Below are positions 30,290 through 38,724 of a DNA stretch of 64,000 bases, piece after piece; positions within the stretch are counted from its first letter, which is position 1; every line of letters starts with the position of its first letter. Location: the NCBI GenBank assembly GCA_965116025.1, contig OZ220480.1, forward strand, positions 576,001-640,000. Reading direction: 5' to 3'. The translations under genes were made by a program, and so were the position numbers. Origin of the DNA: an uncultured candidatus Porisulfidus sp. (GTDB taxonomy: Bacteria > Pseudomonadota > Gammaproteobacteria > Poriferisulfidales > Poriferisulfidaceae). Under the pieces are notes generated by a model. It made no database searches. It was not told the DNA's origin and saw only the letters and a program-made list of their open reading frames with translations.

Positions 30290-31454
30290 GTGTAGTGTAA
30301 TCTAATTATAGATATTTATACTTGCTTGGCGCGGAGGGGCGCCAGCTTGTCCAGGATCTGCTCGGGCGTCTTGCTCCACGAGAACGGCTTCGGGTCGGCG
30401 TTGTGATGATCCAGAAAATCGTGGATCGCCCGGGTCAGCTCCCGCACGCTTCGGAACACCCCCCGCCGCACGCGCCGCTCCGTCAGCTCCCGGAAGAACC
30501 GCTCCACCAGGTTCAGCCAGGACGCCGAGGTCGGCGTGAAGTGGACGTGGAAACGCGGCCGCCGCGCGAACCATTCCCTCACCTTGCGATGCTTGTGGGT
30601 GGCGTAGTTGTCCACGATCAGGTGGACCTCCAGCTCCTTCGGGACATGCCCGTCGATCTCCCGCAGGAAGCGCAGGAACTCGACATGCCGATGGCGCTGG
30701 TAGCAACGCCCGAACACCGTGCCGTCCACGGCGTTCAGGGCCGCGAACAAGGTGGTGGTCCCGTGCCGCTTGTAGTCGTGCGTCATGGTTCCGGCGCGCC
30801 CCTTCTTCATCGGCAATCCGGGCTGGGCGCGATCCAGCGCCTGGATCTGCGACTTCTCGTCGACGCACAGGACCAAGGCATGCTCAGGCGGGTCCAGATA
30901 CAGCCCGACGACGTCGCGCAGCTTCTCGACGAAGCGCTCGTCGGTGGACAGCTTGAACGTTTGGACCAGATGCGGCTTCAGCCCGTGCGCGCGCCAGATC
31001 TTGTGAACGGTGGCGTGGCTCACCCCGGCGTGCTGAGCCATGCCACGGGTCGACCAATGCGTGGCCTGTTCGGGAGCGTCATGCAGGGTGTCCTCGACGA
31101 TGCGCTTGACCACGTCGTCGCCGTAGGTCCGCTTGCGCCCTCGCCCAGGACGGTCGGACAGCCCGGCCAAGCGCCGCTCGGCGAAGCGGTTCCTCCACTT
31201 CGCCACCGTGCTGGCGCTCGCGTCCAGTTGATCGGCGATGTCGATGGTGCGCCGGCCCTCGGCGGCGAGCAGCACGACGCGAGCGCGAAACGCGTCGCGA
31301 ACGCTGGAGAGGCTCGAGCGAGCCGTCTCGCTCAGGGCGGCGAGCTCCTCGGCGCTGAGCTCGATGGGAATGGCGCGTCGCATGCGATTCTCCTCCTGAT
31401 CATGGCAATCCGGCGAAGTGTAGCATAAATATATATTATTGACGTACACTACAC
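30290..31454 (-). mobile_element. IS630-family insertion sequence (1165 bp)
   Basis: IRs gtgtagtgtaatctaattatagatatttatac and gcataaatatatattattgacgtacactacac. TA duplication at 30288-30289 and 31455-31456 in a CTAG target. Confidence 0.95.
30316..31383 (-). CDS. IS630 transposase
   Basis: N-terminal HTHs, VDEKSQIQALDR, THDYKRHGTTTLFAAL, VDNYATHK, HFTPTSASWLNLVERFF. Confidence 0.96.
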   Translation of the reverse strand: MRRAIPIELSAEELAALSETARSSLSSVRDAFRARVVLLAAEGRRTIDIADQLDASASTVAKWRNRFAERRLAGLSDRPGRGRKRTYGDDVVKRIVEDTLHDAPEQATHWSTRGMAQHAGVSHATVHKIWRAHGLKPHLVQTFKLSTDERFVEKLRDVVGLYLDPPEHALVLCVDEKSQIQALDRAQPGLPMKKGRAGTMTHDYKRHGTTTLFAALNAVDGTVFGRCYQRHRHVEFLRFLREIDGHVPKELEVHLIVDNYATHKHRKVREWFARRPRFHVHFTPTSASWLNLVERFFRELTERRVRRGVFRSVRELTRAIHDFLDHHNADPKPFSWSKTPEQILDKLAPLRAKQV

Positions 31455-32685
31455 TAGATAATCATCGTAATAGTGCCTTGCCCTAAGTGCAGTATCATCA
31501 ACATGAATCCTAGATGCTCTGCAGAGTCTTTCAAACCCGATTAGCGAATATCTCCAACTTCTCATTGAGGGTATTTGCCAATCGGACCCGAATGCCTTTC
31601 TAGGCTCATTGTCCCCGGAAGCCATTGAGTGCACAGGAAGTTTTTGGTAGGGCCTCGACCCATCTGGACATTTGGAAGAATCTGCGCGCTCTTCCAACGT
31701 CATAGGCCTATGGCGCTGCTGGCCCAAGTCCAACTGATTGTACGTAACCGTGTTAACTTGCTTACCCTTTTCCGCCAATAATTTGCGGAACTTAATCTCC
31801 TCTGAATTTTTGCAGTACCAAACAATAAAGTTCGAGATGCTCTTAACTGAATTTTTTCGGGTTGTGCCACTGCTCGTCCGATAGGTGATGAGATTGACAA
31901 AATTATCTGCCCCAAACACCTCATCCATTAATGCTCGAATACGATGCACATTCGCTTCCCCTATCTGCACAAAAATAGAGCCGCTTTCTGCCAACAAATC
32001 ACGCGCCGCAGTAAGCCGGTCTCGCAGATAGGTCAGGTAGGAGTGAATGCCATCGCGCCATGTGTCTCGAAACGCCTTTACCTGCTCTGGCTCGCGAGTA
32101 ATCTGCTTGGCGTTGCCATCCTTCACTTCGCGGCTTGTAGTGGACCACTGAAAGTTGGAATTGAATTTGATCCCGTAGGGTGGGTCAATATAGATGCACT
32201 GCACCTTGCCTCGCAAACTCTCCCGCTCAGCCAATGACGCCATCACCTGCAGGCTGTCCCCCAAAATCATGCGGTTTGACCAGTTCGCGTCGTGTTGATA
32301 GAACTCAGTGCGCGCAGCCTCGCTCGGCAGGCCATTAAAATCGGCAAAGAGATCTAATGTAGTCGGCATCTCTTCCTCTCGCCGCTCCCGTGTCTGCCTC
32401 AACAAATCGTCAATTAATGATTTGGGATGCACCTTCTCCTGGATGTAGAGTGGCGGTGCATGAACGATGAATTCGGCCGCATCTTGTTCATCCTTTCCCC
32501 GCCAAACCAATTGGGGGTCGAGATCTCGATTACGCCGCTCGTAGGCCACGCGGACAGACTTTTTCTCGTCTTCCGATAGAACGGGCTGGTATTCCGCTGT
32601 TGGAATATTGCGCCGTGATGCGTCCTCGTGGACCAGCGTCTCTATCGATTTTTTGTTTCTCTTTTTGCGTGGCATGCTGACGCTC

Positions 32686-32745
32686 CTAGGCCGCTTTGCT
32701 CTGGGTTGTGAAGAAAGCGATCAGGTTTTCGAATTCCGACTCAAT
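32686..32745 (-). pseudogene. Displaced 3' tail of the res gene (IESEFENLIAFFTTQSKAA*)
   Basis: 20 codons ending just before the mod RBS/ATG. They continue res ...FTEVYE (43779) in frame if 32746-43778 is removed. Confidence 0.75.
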
Positions 32746-33186
32746 ACCCGCGCGGGTCTCGCGGATTACGGGCTATTAGCCCCTTGATGGTCGATCACCA
32801 GTCCTGCGCGGCCCGCGCTTACGCGCCCCGCGTTCGCCCTAATCAGGATCACCGGTTCTAGGCGCTCCCTCGCGCCTCGCGCCCGAACCGAGACCGCGTC
32901 CGCATTATCGGACGCGTGACGTGCAAAGCGTGAAGCCCGCCCGAATGGACGGCTAGCGAGTGAGAGGAATTGATGCCCGCGCCGGGTCAAAAGCCCGCGC
33001 GGATCACCTTTTCAGTGTGTGCGTTTTCCATGTAGCACCGGCGAGTCTAGCACACTCGCGGCGCCCTTAAAGCAGAACGCCCGACCTCGCGACCGGGCGC
33101 CCTATCCCTTTGCCGGCAATCAGGGTGCTACATGGACAGCCGGCGGGTGAAATCTTTTTCAGACTCCTTGCCCGAAAGTTTAGCAC

Positions 33187-33211
33187 AGGGTGTCACATTG
33201 TGTGACACCCT
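33187..33211. promoter_or_regulatory. Perfect palindrome (11-bp arms) next to an extended -10 on the minus strand
   Basis: agggtgtcaca-ttg-tgtgacaccct, with TGCTAAACT on the minus strand at 33177-33185. Confidence 0.55.
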
Positions 33212-33876
33212 CGCGCCGCCAGTGTGTCCTTTTTGCCACACTTCATTACATCCCGCTTCACGGCCAGCGGGATCGGCGCGAGACAACGCGGGCATACCAG
33301 CAGCTCCTCGATCCGCCGGCGTAACGTCCGCAATTCCTCTTCCTTTCGCGCGAGCTTCCCGGACAACTCCGCTATCAACGCCTTATCGCTGGCCGACGGC
33401 GCGGCGGCCTTCGCCCGCTTGCGACCGCCCCGCGTCCGCTCCGGACGCGGCGGCTTTCCATCCAGCTCGTTCATCGCGTCAAGCGCCGTAGGAAGGGAAA
33501 CGCCCATTTCCTCCGCTATCGCCCGCGCGGACGGCGCCGCCTCGCCCTCGCGCTCCGCCCGCCATCGGTATACCTGTATTCGCGTCTTGCACCGCTCCAG
33601 TTTGCTCACATGGCGCCGCCAGTCATTCACCCGCAAAACGAACGCCGCCGGGTCATCGCCGGCGAACTCGCGCATGCGCGGGGTCGGGTCTCTATAAAGC
33701 GCCAGCATGCACCGGTACCGATGCCAGCCGTCCAGCGCCTTGCCCTCGTATAGCGTGATCTCCACCGAGCCGTCGTCCGTCTTGATGCTCGCCTTCAGCT
33801 CCGCCCGGTCCGCCTCGCCCATCGTTCCGAACGCCGCCGATAGCGGATGCCGTTCAAGGATAGTAAGATTGTCCAT
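33193..33876 (-). CDS. Phage-type ParB-like N-domain plus HTH and coiled-coil protein
   Basis: HPLSAAF..M....ELKASI, ITLYEGKALDGWHRYR, F.GDDP.AFV..N..RRH, then SARAIAEEMGVS (HTH) and a CxxC near the C-terminus. Confidence 0.7.
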   Translation of the reverse strand: MDNLTILERHPLSAAFGTMGEADRAELKASIKTDDGSVEITLYEGKALDGWHRYRCMLALYRDPTPRMREFAGDDPAAFVLRVNDWRRHVSKLERCKTRIQVYRWRAEREGEAAPSARAIAEEMGVSLPTALDAMNELDGKPPRPERTRGGRKRAKAAAPSASDKALIAELSGKLARKEEELRTLRRRIEELLVCPRCLAPIPLAVKRDVMKCGKKDTLAARGCHTM

Positions 33877-34054
33877 GTCGCACTCCCATGCGATAGCGGC
33901 GCCGCGCATGGCCTGCCCGCGAATATAGGCCGGCGCTGGCGCCCATTAATAAACGGGCATTCCCAGACTCCTAGCCGCCACTAAACGGCCACAATTTTGT
34001 TAAGACGGGAAGAACATCCCGTCAAGCGCGCCAGCGTTGTCGGCGGCCTTGCCC

Positions 34055-34351
34055 CTATTCTATACGCCCCGCGTCTTCATCAACGCTCCGGGGCGGGCGG
34101 CCCGGACGCGGCTTGTCCTCGAGGCCGGCCATCCCCCGCTCCGCGAAGCGATTGCGCCACTTCCTCGCCGTGAAATAGTGAACGCCCAACTTCGCGGCTA
34201 TGCGCGGATTGCTCAATCCCTCCGCCGCGAGCAACACCACCCGCGCCCGTTCGGACTTCGCCCGCGATATGCTCATCTTGCGCGCCCGCCGCTCCAGCTC
34301 CGCGCGCTCCTCATCGGTCAACGTGACCGGTACCGGCTTGCCCATGAGCAA
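34055..34351 (-). CDS. Stand-alone IS630-type HTH DNA-binding domain
   Basis: LTDEERAELE..RARVVLLAAEG.SN..IAAKLG...KWRNRFAERG.AGL.DKPRPGRP followed by a stop. No DDE domain or IS ends seen. Confidence 0.75.
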   Translation of the reverse strand: MLMGKPVPVTLTDEERAELERRARKMSISRAKSERARVVLLAAEGLSNPRIAAKLGVHYFTARKWRNRFAERGMAGLEDKPRPGRPPRSVDEDAGRIE

Positions 34352-34382
34352 TCATCTTATCCCGCCAACGCGGGGATATGAA

Positions 34383-34404
34383 ACGGGCGGCCAATGCCGC
34401 CCGT
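34383..34404 (-). terminator. GC-rich hairpin after the RTX operon, putative intrinsic terminator
   Basis: acgggcggc-caat-gccgcccgt with only a short T run on the minus strand. Confidence 0.4.
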
Positions 34405-34425
34405 CCTCTTTCAGTCTTTCGGAAA

Positions 34426-34644
34426 CTACGCCCCTCGCGCTATCGCTAGCGCTCGCTCCAGCGCCGCGATCGTCGCGTCCACGTGAACGAACAGCAGTTG
34501 GTACTCGCTAGGCTTGAGCTCCTCGCCCGCCCGCGCCCGCTCGTACAGAACGCGAATCATCGAGGCCTTGCCCGCTTGCTCCGGGTAGGCTTCCTTATCT
34601 TGGATAAAGCCTCGCTCCCAGTCTCGCTTCGGGTCTTCCATCAC
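34426..34644 (-). CDS. Small hypothetical protein coupled to the last RTX gene
   Basis: 72 aa; start overlaps the RTX-4 stop. Confidence 0.55.
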   Translation of the reverse strand: MMEDPKRDWERGFIQDKEAYPEQAGKASMIRVLYERARAGEELKPSEYQLLFVHVDATIAALERALAIARGA

Positions 34645-35468
34645 CCCATGAACACGAAATCGGACTCCGTCAACTCGTCCGCGCTAATCCCCGTGAGCGT
34701 GACGCTCGCGTTCTTCCCGTACCCGGTGATCACCGCGCCGGCCTCGCTGTCCACGATCGTCAAGTCCTCGTAATCTAACTTCTTGCCGTAGAACACCAGC
34801 TTGTCGCGCCATTCGGGATGGTAGTTTCCTTTCGCGTCGGTATTCCCCGGCCCGGCCCGTTCCGTGATCCACTCCCCTTCATTGTCCGGGTCTGCGTATG
34901 AGTAGGTACCGGAGTTTTCGAGGAAGTCCGTAATCACGTCATGGCCGCTATAGCGGTGAAACTCGAAACGATCCGCTCCCCAGCTCCCTTTCAGCGTGTC
35001 GTCGCCGCGCCCGCCTCGAAGAACGTCCGCGCCCTCGGCGCCGTTCAGCGTGTCGTCGCCACGCCCGCCGTATAGATGACTGTTTCCGCCGCCGCTGTTC
35101 AGCGTGTCGTTCCCGTTCCCGCCGAACAGAACGTCGTGACCCCAGCTGCCGTCCAGCGAGTCGTTCCCGCGCCCGCCGAACAGAACGTCGTGACCCCAGC
35201 TGCCGTCCAGCGTGTCATCGCCCACGCCGCCGTACAGGTAGTCGTTCCCGTCCTTGCCGTCCAGCGTGTCGTCGCCCGCGCCGCCTTTCAGCGTGTCGTC
35301 GCCGCCCTTGCCTTTCAGCGTGTCGGCGCCCGCGCCGCCGGTCAGCGTCACGCCCTCATCATTGGACGGATTGGGAAGGTTATTGGGATCGGGATTAGCG
35401 GGATCGGGATCGCCTTGCTCGGCAAGAAAAGCCTTCTTCCATTTCTGCCACGCGGGAATTCTGGCCAT
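34641..35468 (-). CDS. RTX (hemolysin-type Ca-binding) repeat protein, copy 4
   Basis: GGxGxDxL nonapeptides; C-terminus LTESDFVFMG resembles a T1SS signal. Confidence 0.92.
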   Translation of the reverse strand: MARIPAWQKWKKAFLAEQGDPDPANPDPNNLPNPSNDEGVTLTGGAGADTLKGKGGDDTLKGGAGDDTLDGKDGNDYLYGGVGDDTLDGSWGHDVLFGGRGNDSLDGSWGHDVLFGGNGNDTLNSGGGNSHLYGGRGDDTLNGAEGADVLRGGRGDDTLKGSWGADRFEFHRYSGHDVITDFLENSGTYSYADPDNEGEWITERAGPGNTDAKGNYHPEWRDKLVFYGKKLDYEDLTIVDSEAGAVITGYGKNASVTLTGISADELTESDFVFMG

Positions 35469-35512
35469 GATTTCTCCTCATTGAATTTTGGGTGGATATA
35501 GTCTACTCCATA

Positions 35513-36343
35513 TTACCCCATGAAGTCGAAATCGGACTCGGTCAAGTCGTCCGCGCTAATCCCCGTGAGCGTGACGCTCGCGTTCTTCCCGTACCCGGTG
35601 ATCACCGCGCCGGCCTCGCTGTCCACGATCGTCAAGTCCTCGTAATCTAAATTCTTGCCGTAGAACACCAGCTTGTCGCGCAAGTTTGGATCGTAGTTTC
35701 CTTCCGCGTCGGTATTCCCCGGCCTGCCGCCCTTTTCCATGATAATCTCGGAGGGATTTTCCGGGTCTGGGTATGCGTAGGTAACGTCGTTTTCGAGGAA
35801 GTCCTTAATCACGTCATCGCCGCTATAGCGGTGAAACTCGAAACGATCCGCTCCCCAGCTCCCTTTCAGCGTGTCGTCGCCGCGCCCGCCTCGAAGAACG
35901 TCCGCGCCCTCGCCGCCGGTCAGCGAGTCGTTCCCGCGCCCGCCGTATAGATGGTTGCTTCCGCCGCCGCCGATCAGCGTGTCGTTCCCGTTCCCGCCGA
36001 ACAGAACGTCGTGACCCCAGCTGCCGTCCAGCGAGTCGTTCCCGCGCCCGCCGAACAGAACGTCGTTCCCGTATGAGCCGTTCAGCGTGTCATCGCCCAC
36101 GCCGCCGTACAGGTAGTCGTTCCCGTCCTTGCCGTCCAGCGTGTCTACGCCCGCGCCGCCGTACAGGTAGTCGTTCCCGTTCTTGCCGTTCAGCGTGTCG
36201 GCGCCCGCGCCGCCGGTCAGCGTCACGCCCTCATCATTGGACGGATTGGGAAAATTATTGGGATCGGGATTAGCGGGATCGGGATCGCCTTGCTCGGCAA
36301 GAAAAGCCTTCTTCCATTTCTGCCACGCGGGAATTCTGGCCAT
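35513..36343 (-). CDS. RTX repeat protein, copy 3
   Basis: As copy 4; ends [10 protein letters not shown]. Confidence 0.92.
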   Translation of the reverse strand: MARIPAWQKWKKAFLAEQGDPDPANPDPNNFPNPSNDEGVTLTGGAGADTLNGKNGNDYLYGGAGVDTLDGKDGNDYLYGGVGDDTLNGSYGNDVLFGGRGNDSLDGSWGHDVLFGGNGNDTLIGGGGSNHLYGGRGNDSLTGGEGADVLRGGRGDDTLKGSWGADRFEFHRYSGDDVIKDFLENDVTYAYPDPENPSEIIMEKGGRPGNTDAEGNYDPNLRDKLVFYGKNLDYEDLTIVDSEAGAVITGYGKNASVTLTGISADDLTESDFDFMG

Positions 36344-36387
36344 GATTTCTCCTCATTGAATTTTGGGTGGATATAGTCTACTCCATA

Positions 36388-37191
36388 TTACCCCATGAAG
36401 TCGAAATCGGACTCGGTCAAGTCGTCCGCGCTAATCCCCGTGAGCGTGACGCTCGCGTTCTTCCCGTACCCGGTGATCACCGCGCCGGCCTCGCTGTCCA
36501 CGATCGTCAAGTCCTCGTAATCCAACTTCTTGCCGTAGAACACCAGCTTGTCGCGCACATCTGGCAAGAGGTTTAATTCATGGTCATAATTTCCTCTCGG
36601 CAGAAGCTGGCCGTCCGAGTCTTCCACGGTGCTACCGGCTTCGAGGAAGTCCGTAATCACGTCATCGCCGCTATAGCGGTGAAACTCGAAACGATCCGCT
36701 CCCCAGCTCCCTTTCAGCGTGTCGTCGCCGCGCCCGCCTCGAAGAACGTCCGCGCCCTCGCCGCCGGTCAGCGAGTCGTTCCCGCGCCCGCCGTATAGAT
36801 GGTTGCTTCCGCCGCCGCCGATCAGCGTGTCGTTCCCGTTCCCGCCGAACAGAACGTCGTGACCCCAGCTGCCGTCCAGCGAGTCGTTCCCGCGCCCGCC
36901 GAACAGAACGTCGTTCCCGTATGAGCCGTTCAGCGTGTCATCGCCCACGCCGCCGTACAGGTAGTCGTTCCCGTTCTTGCCGTCCAGCGTGTCTACGCCC
37001 GCGCCGCCGTACAGGTAGTCGTTCCCGTTCTTGCCGTTCAGCGTGTCGGCGCCCGCGCCGCCGGTCAGCGTCACGCCCTCATCATTGGACGGATTGGGAA
37101 GGTTATTGGGATCGGGATTAGCGGGATCGGGATCGCCTTGCTCGGCAAGAAAAGCCTTCTTCCATTTCTGCCACGCGGGAATTCTGGCCAT
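36388..37191 (-). CDS. RTX repeat protein, copy 2
   Basis: Near-identical to copy 3 except for the loop between DFLE and RDKLVFYG. Confidence 0.92.
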   Translation of the reverse strand: MARIPAWQKWKKAFLAEQGDPDPANPDPNNLPNPSNDEGVTLTGGAGADTLNGKNGNDYLYGGAGVDTLDGKNGNDYLYGGVGDDTLNGSYGNDVLFGGRGNDSLDGSWGHDVLFGGNGNDTLIGGGGSNHLYGGRGNDSLTGGEGADVLRGGRGDDTLKGSWGADRFEFHRYSGDDVITDFLEAGSTVEDSDGQLLPRGNYDHELNLLPDVRDKLVFYGKKLDYEDLTIVDSEAGAVITGYGKNASVTLTGISADDLTESDFDFMG

Positions 37192-37235
37192 GATTTCTCC
37201 TCATTGAATTTTGGGTGGATATAGTCTACTCCATA

Positions 37236-38231
37236 TTACCCCATGAAGTCGAAATCGGACTCGGTCAAGTCCGCTTTGGCCGTGTTAAAAATCGTGATGC
37301 TATCGCCCGTTCCGTAGCCGGTGATCGTCACCCCTACCGTCTCGGTGTGATCCACGATGGTCAAGTCCTCGAACTTCCGGTTCGCGTCGCCCTTGATAAC
37401 GATTTTGTCGCCGTCGTCGAAGTGGTTGATCAAGTCGTTGCCATCGCCCGTGCTGAAAACGAACTTGTCTTTACCCTCTCCTATTTCGCCGAACAACGTG
37501 TCATTGCCCTTGCCGCCGATCAGCGTGTCGGCGCCCGCGCCGCCGACCAGCGTGTCGTTGCCATCGTCGCCGATCAGCGTGTCATCGCCCGCGTCGCCGA
37601 ACAGCGTGTCTACGCCAGCGCCGCCATGCAGCTCGTCGTTGCCAGCGCCGCCGTACAGGCGGTCTACGCCAGCGCCGCCGTACAGGTAGTCGTTGCCCAC
37701 GTCGCCCACCAGGTGGTCGCCGCCCGCTTCGCCGTACAGGTAGTCGCCGCCCTCGCCGCCATACAGCGAGTCGTTGCCCGCGCCGCCCCACAGGTAATCC
37801 TTCGCGCCGGCCTTGAGAGGCGCCCAAGAATCGCCCCACAGATAGTCATCGCCCAGCCCGCCCCACAGATGGTCGGTTCCGCCGCCGCCGATCAACTTGT
37901 CATCGCCCGTGATGGTATTCCAATAAGTCGGGGAATTGGTATCGCCCCAAAGCTTGTCATCGCCCCTGCCGCCGAACAGAAAGTCTTTACCCGAGCCGCC
38001 ATACAGAAGGTCTTTACCCGAGCCGCCATACAGAAAGTCGTCACCAAGGCCGCCATGCAGCTCGTCGTTTCCATCACCTCCCCATATATAGTCTCTATCG
38101 CCTTCGCCATACAGGTAATCGCGACCGCCTTTGCCATACAATTTGTCGATGCCGTCTCGAGCTAGCATGATATCGCTTTCTTCGGTACCTTTCTTGATAT
38201 TGTTTCCGTCTGTTCCTATCCAACTCGCCAT
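37236..38231 (-). CDS. RTX repeat protein, copy 1 (divergent, no variable loop)
   Basis: More than 20 GGxGxDxL-type repeats, same terminal [19 protein letters not shown]. Confidence 0.92.
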   Translation of the reverse strand: MASWIGTDGNNIKKGTEESDIMLARDGIDKLYGKGGRDYLYGEGDRDYIWGGDGNDELHGGLGDDFLYGGSGKDLLYGGSGKDFLFGGRGDDKLWGDTNSPTYWNTITGDDKLIGGGGTDHLWGGLGDDYLWGDSWAPLKAGAKDYLWGGAGNDSLYGGEGGDYLYGEAGGDHLVGDVGNDYLYGGAGVDRLYGGAGNDELHGGAGVDTLFGDAGDDTLIGDDGNDTLVGGAGADTLIGGKGNDTLFGEIGEGKDKFVFSTGDGNDLINHFDDGDKIVIKGDANRKFEDLTIVDHTETVGVTITGYGTGDSITIFNTAKADLTESDFDFMG

Positions 38232-38280
38232 GACCTTATCCTCCAGTGTGATTATTAGTATCGGACTTCCCGCGTGTAAG

Positions 38281-38321
38281 TCGGCATAAATCTAATCAGG
38301 CCATGCCAGTATTTATGCTGA
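38281..38321. promoter_or_regulatory. Inverted repeat upstream of the RTX array
   Basis: tcggcataaat...atttatgctga (one mismatch) in an AT-richer intergenic gap. Confidence 0.4.
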
Positions 38322-38361
38322 ATTGTTTGCGGACGCGAAGTCCGGCGGCTAGTGTAGCAGA

Positions 38362-38700
38362 TTAGGAAAACTTGGAATAGGCGGCCTCGAAGCCGGCTTT
38401 ATGACCCGCCATCCACTCCTCCGTTAGCGTCTTCGCGGTCAAACTCGCGCCCGCGATCTCCGGCGCGATAGCCCGAAGCGTTGCCGCCGCATGGTATTTC
38501 AGATGCTTCGCGGACACCGGATAGGTTTCGGGCCATTCCCCCCGCTCGGCCAGCGCCCGCCCGTCATAAAAGCCCCGCCCGTAGGCCGAATACCAGACCG
38601 ACCGAGAGGCGTAAGCCCGATCCGTCGCGCCGATCGCCGGCCAGTCGATCGGCGTTCCCTCGATCTCGTCCGCGCCCAGATAGTGTCGTATTCCGCTCAT
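38362..38700 (-). CDS. Hypothetical protein downstream of portal
   Basis: 112 aa, GAGAGG RBS, co-oriented with the head genes. Confidence 0.6.
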   Translation of the reverse strand: MSGIRHYLGADEIEGTPIDWPAIGATDRAYASRSVWYSAYGRGFYDGRALAERGEWPETYPVSAKHLKYHAAATLRAIAPEIAGASLTAKTLTEEWMAGHKAGFEAAYSKFS

Positions 38701-38724
38701 CGCTCAGATCCTCTCAGTTGATGA

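Larger units (their letters stand above)
28731..32675 (-). pseudogene. Type III-like R-M adenine DNA methyltransferase (Mod), split by IS630
   Basis: N-part has YIDPPYG; C-part has VLDPTCGSGTT. Removing 30290-31456 restores the frame YYDDYL-AFEIPNSWNDTGPEIFKSYVVQT. Confidence 0.92.
35469..37235. repeat. Identical 44-bp intergenic unit repeated three times between RTX genes
   Basis: gatttctcctcattgaattttgggtggatatagtctactccata at 35469-35512, 36344-36387 and 37192-37235. Contains the GAGGAG RBS. Confidence 0.95.

Noticed and set aside
34641-37191. RTX variable loops as a diversity-generating retroelement target
   Set aside because: No reverse transcriptase or template repeat is in the window, and the loops differ by indels and all base types rather than adenine-specific substitutions.
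35469-37235. 44-bp identical repeats as a CRISPR array or integron attC sites
   Set aside because: The intervening sequences are ~800-bp paralogous genes, not unique spacers. There are no cas genes or integron integrase, and no GTTRRRY/RYYYAAC boxes.
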